Below are positions 63,936 through 64,000 of a stretch of DNA of 64,000 nt, one piece after another. The stretch is taken from IMG/VR virus record IMGVR_UViG_3300009868_000003, positions 1 to 64,000 of that record. One strand, given 5' to 3'. Below the pieces are notes generated by a model. That model had not been told where the DNA came from, did not search any database, and saw only the letters and a list, made by a program, of their open reading frames with translations. How positions within the stretch are numbered: position 1 is the stretch's first letter; each line of letters begins with the position of its first letter. The position numbers and the translations under genes are program-made. Source of the DNA: a virus (taxonomy: Duplodnaviria; Caudoviricetes).

Positions 63936-64000
63936 TAACCGTTAATAATTTTAAGAAAGTCATCGGCAGTTGGACGCTTTCCAGTCTCTAACTCTATCTT
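63935..64000 (-). CDS. C-terminal end of a CDS entering from outside the window
   Basis: Open frame KIELETGKRPTADDFLKIING*; TAATG overlap with next start. Confidence 0.55.
   Translation of the reverse strand, partial: KIELETGKRPTADDFLKIING

Noticed and set aside
1-64000. Genome-wide TAG reassignment (code 15) suggested by the CUA tRNA
   Set aside because: Long genes (ligase, 704, 711 and 656 aa ORFs) are uninterrupted in code 11. TAG ends several genes cleanly, including TAG TAG at 9105-9110 and TAG just before terminators or promoters.
1-64000. Transposases, integrases, homing endonucleases, reverse transcriptase, rRNA
   Set aside because: No recognisable motifs in any frame examined.

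Overview
This window looks like part of a large lytic T4-like (myovirus/jumbo) phage of a Bacteroidetes host. The host call rests on TAnnTTTG-like promoters, A/C-rich leaders without Shine-Dalgarno motifs, and DUF3127, DUF4494 and BT0820-type HAD genes. Positions ~1-16.6 kb are a divergent early/host-takeover-like module (minus arm up to 13133, plus arm 13298-16637) of small genes. About 27 promoters there share one architecture: TTAAC-N5-TTAAC placed 40-41 bp from a TTAT(A/G)TTT(AC/GT) box. This region also carries the start of a sigma70-like gene, an amber-anticodon (CUA) tRNA-like gene, a PRTase and a beta-barrel-like gene, and ends in a GC-rich palindromic junction at ~16.64-17.03 kb. From 17.6 to 64 kb the sequence is more AT-rich. 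It holds a nadE / 2OG-Fe(II) oxygenase / NadD-like-PRTase operon, ThyX, an HD hydrolase, Hsp20, guanylate kinase, SLOG, DUF4326, NADAR and NUDIX genes, and repair or modification genes (Fpg, UvsE, MBD4-like glycosylase, ligase, Dam, a T4 beta-glucosyltransferase-like enzyme). It also encodes cell-wall enzymes and a dozen or more genes whose products begin with a T4 capsid-targeting-like peptide, many behind NATAAATA late-promoter-like boxes; these include a pre-toxin-motif protein and an annexin-repeat protein. Several genes are broken by single-base indels in homopolymers, most likely sequencing errors. All family calls are from motif recognition by eye, not database searches.
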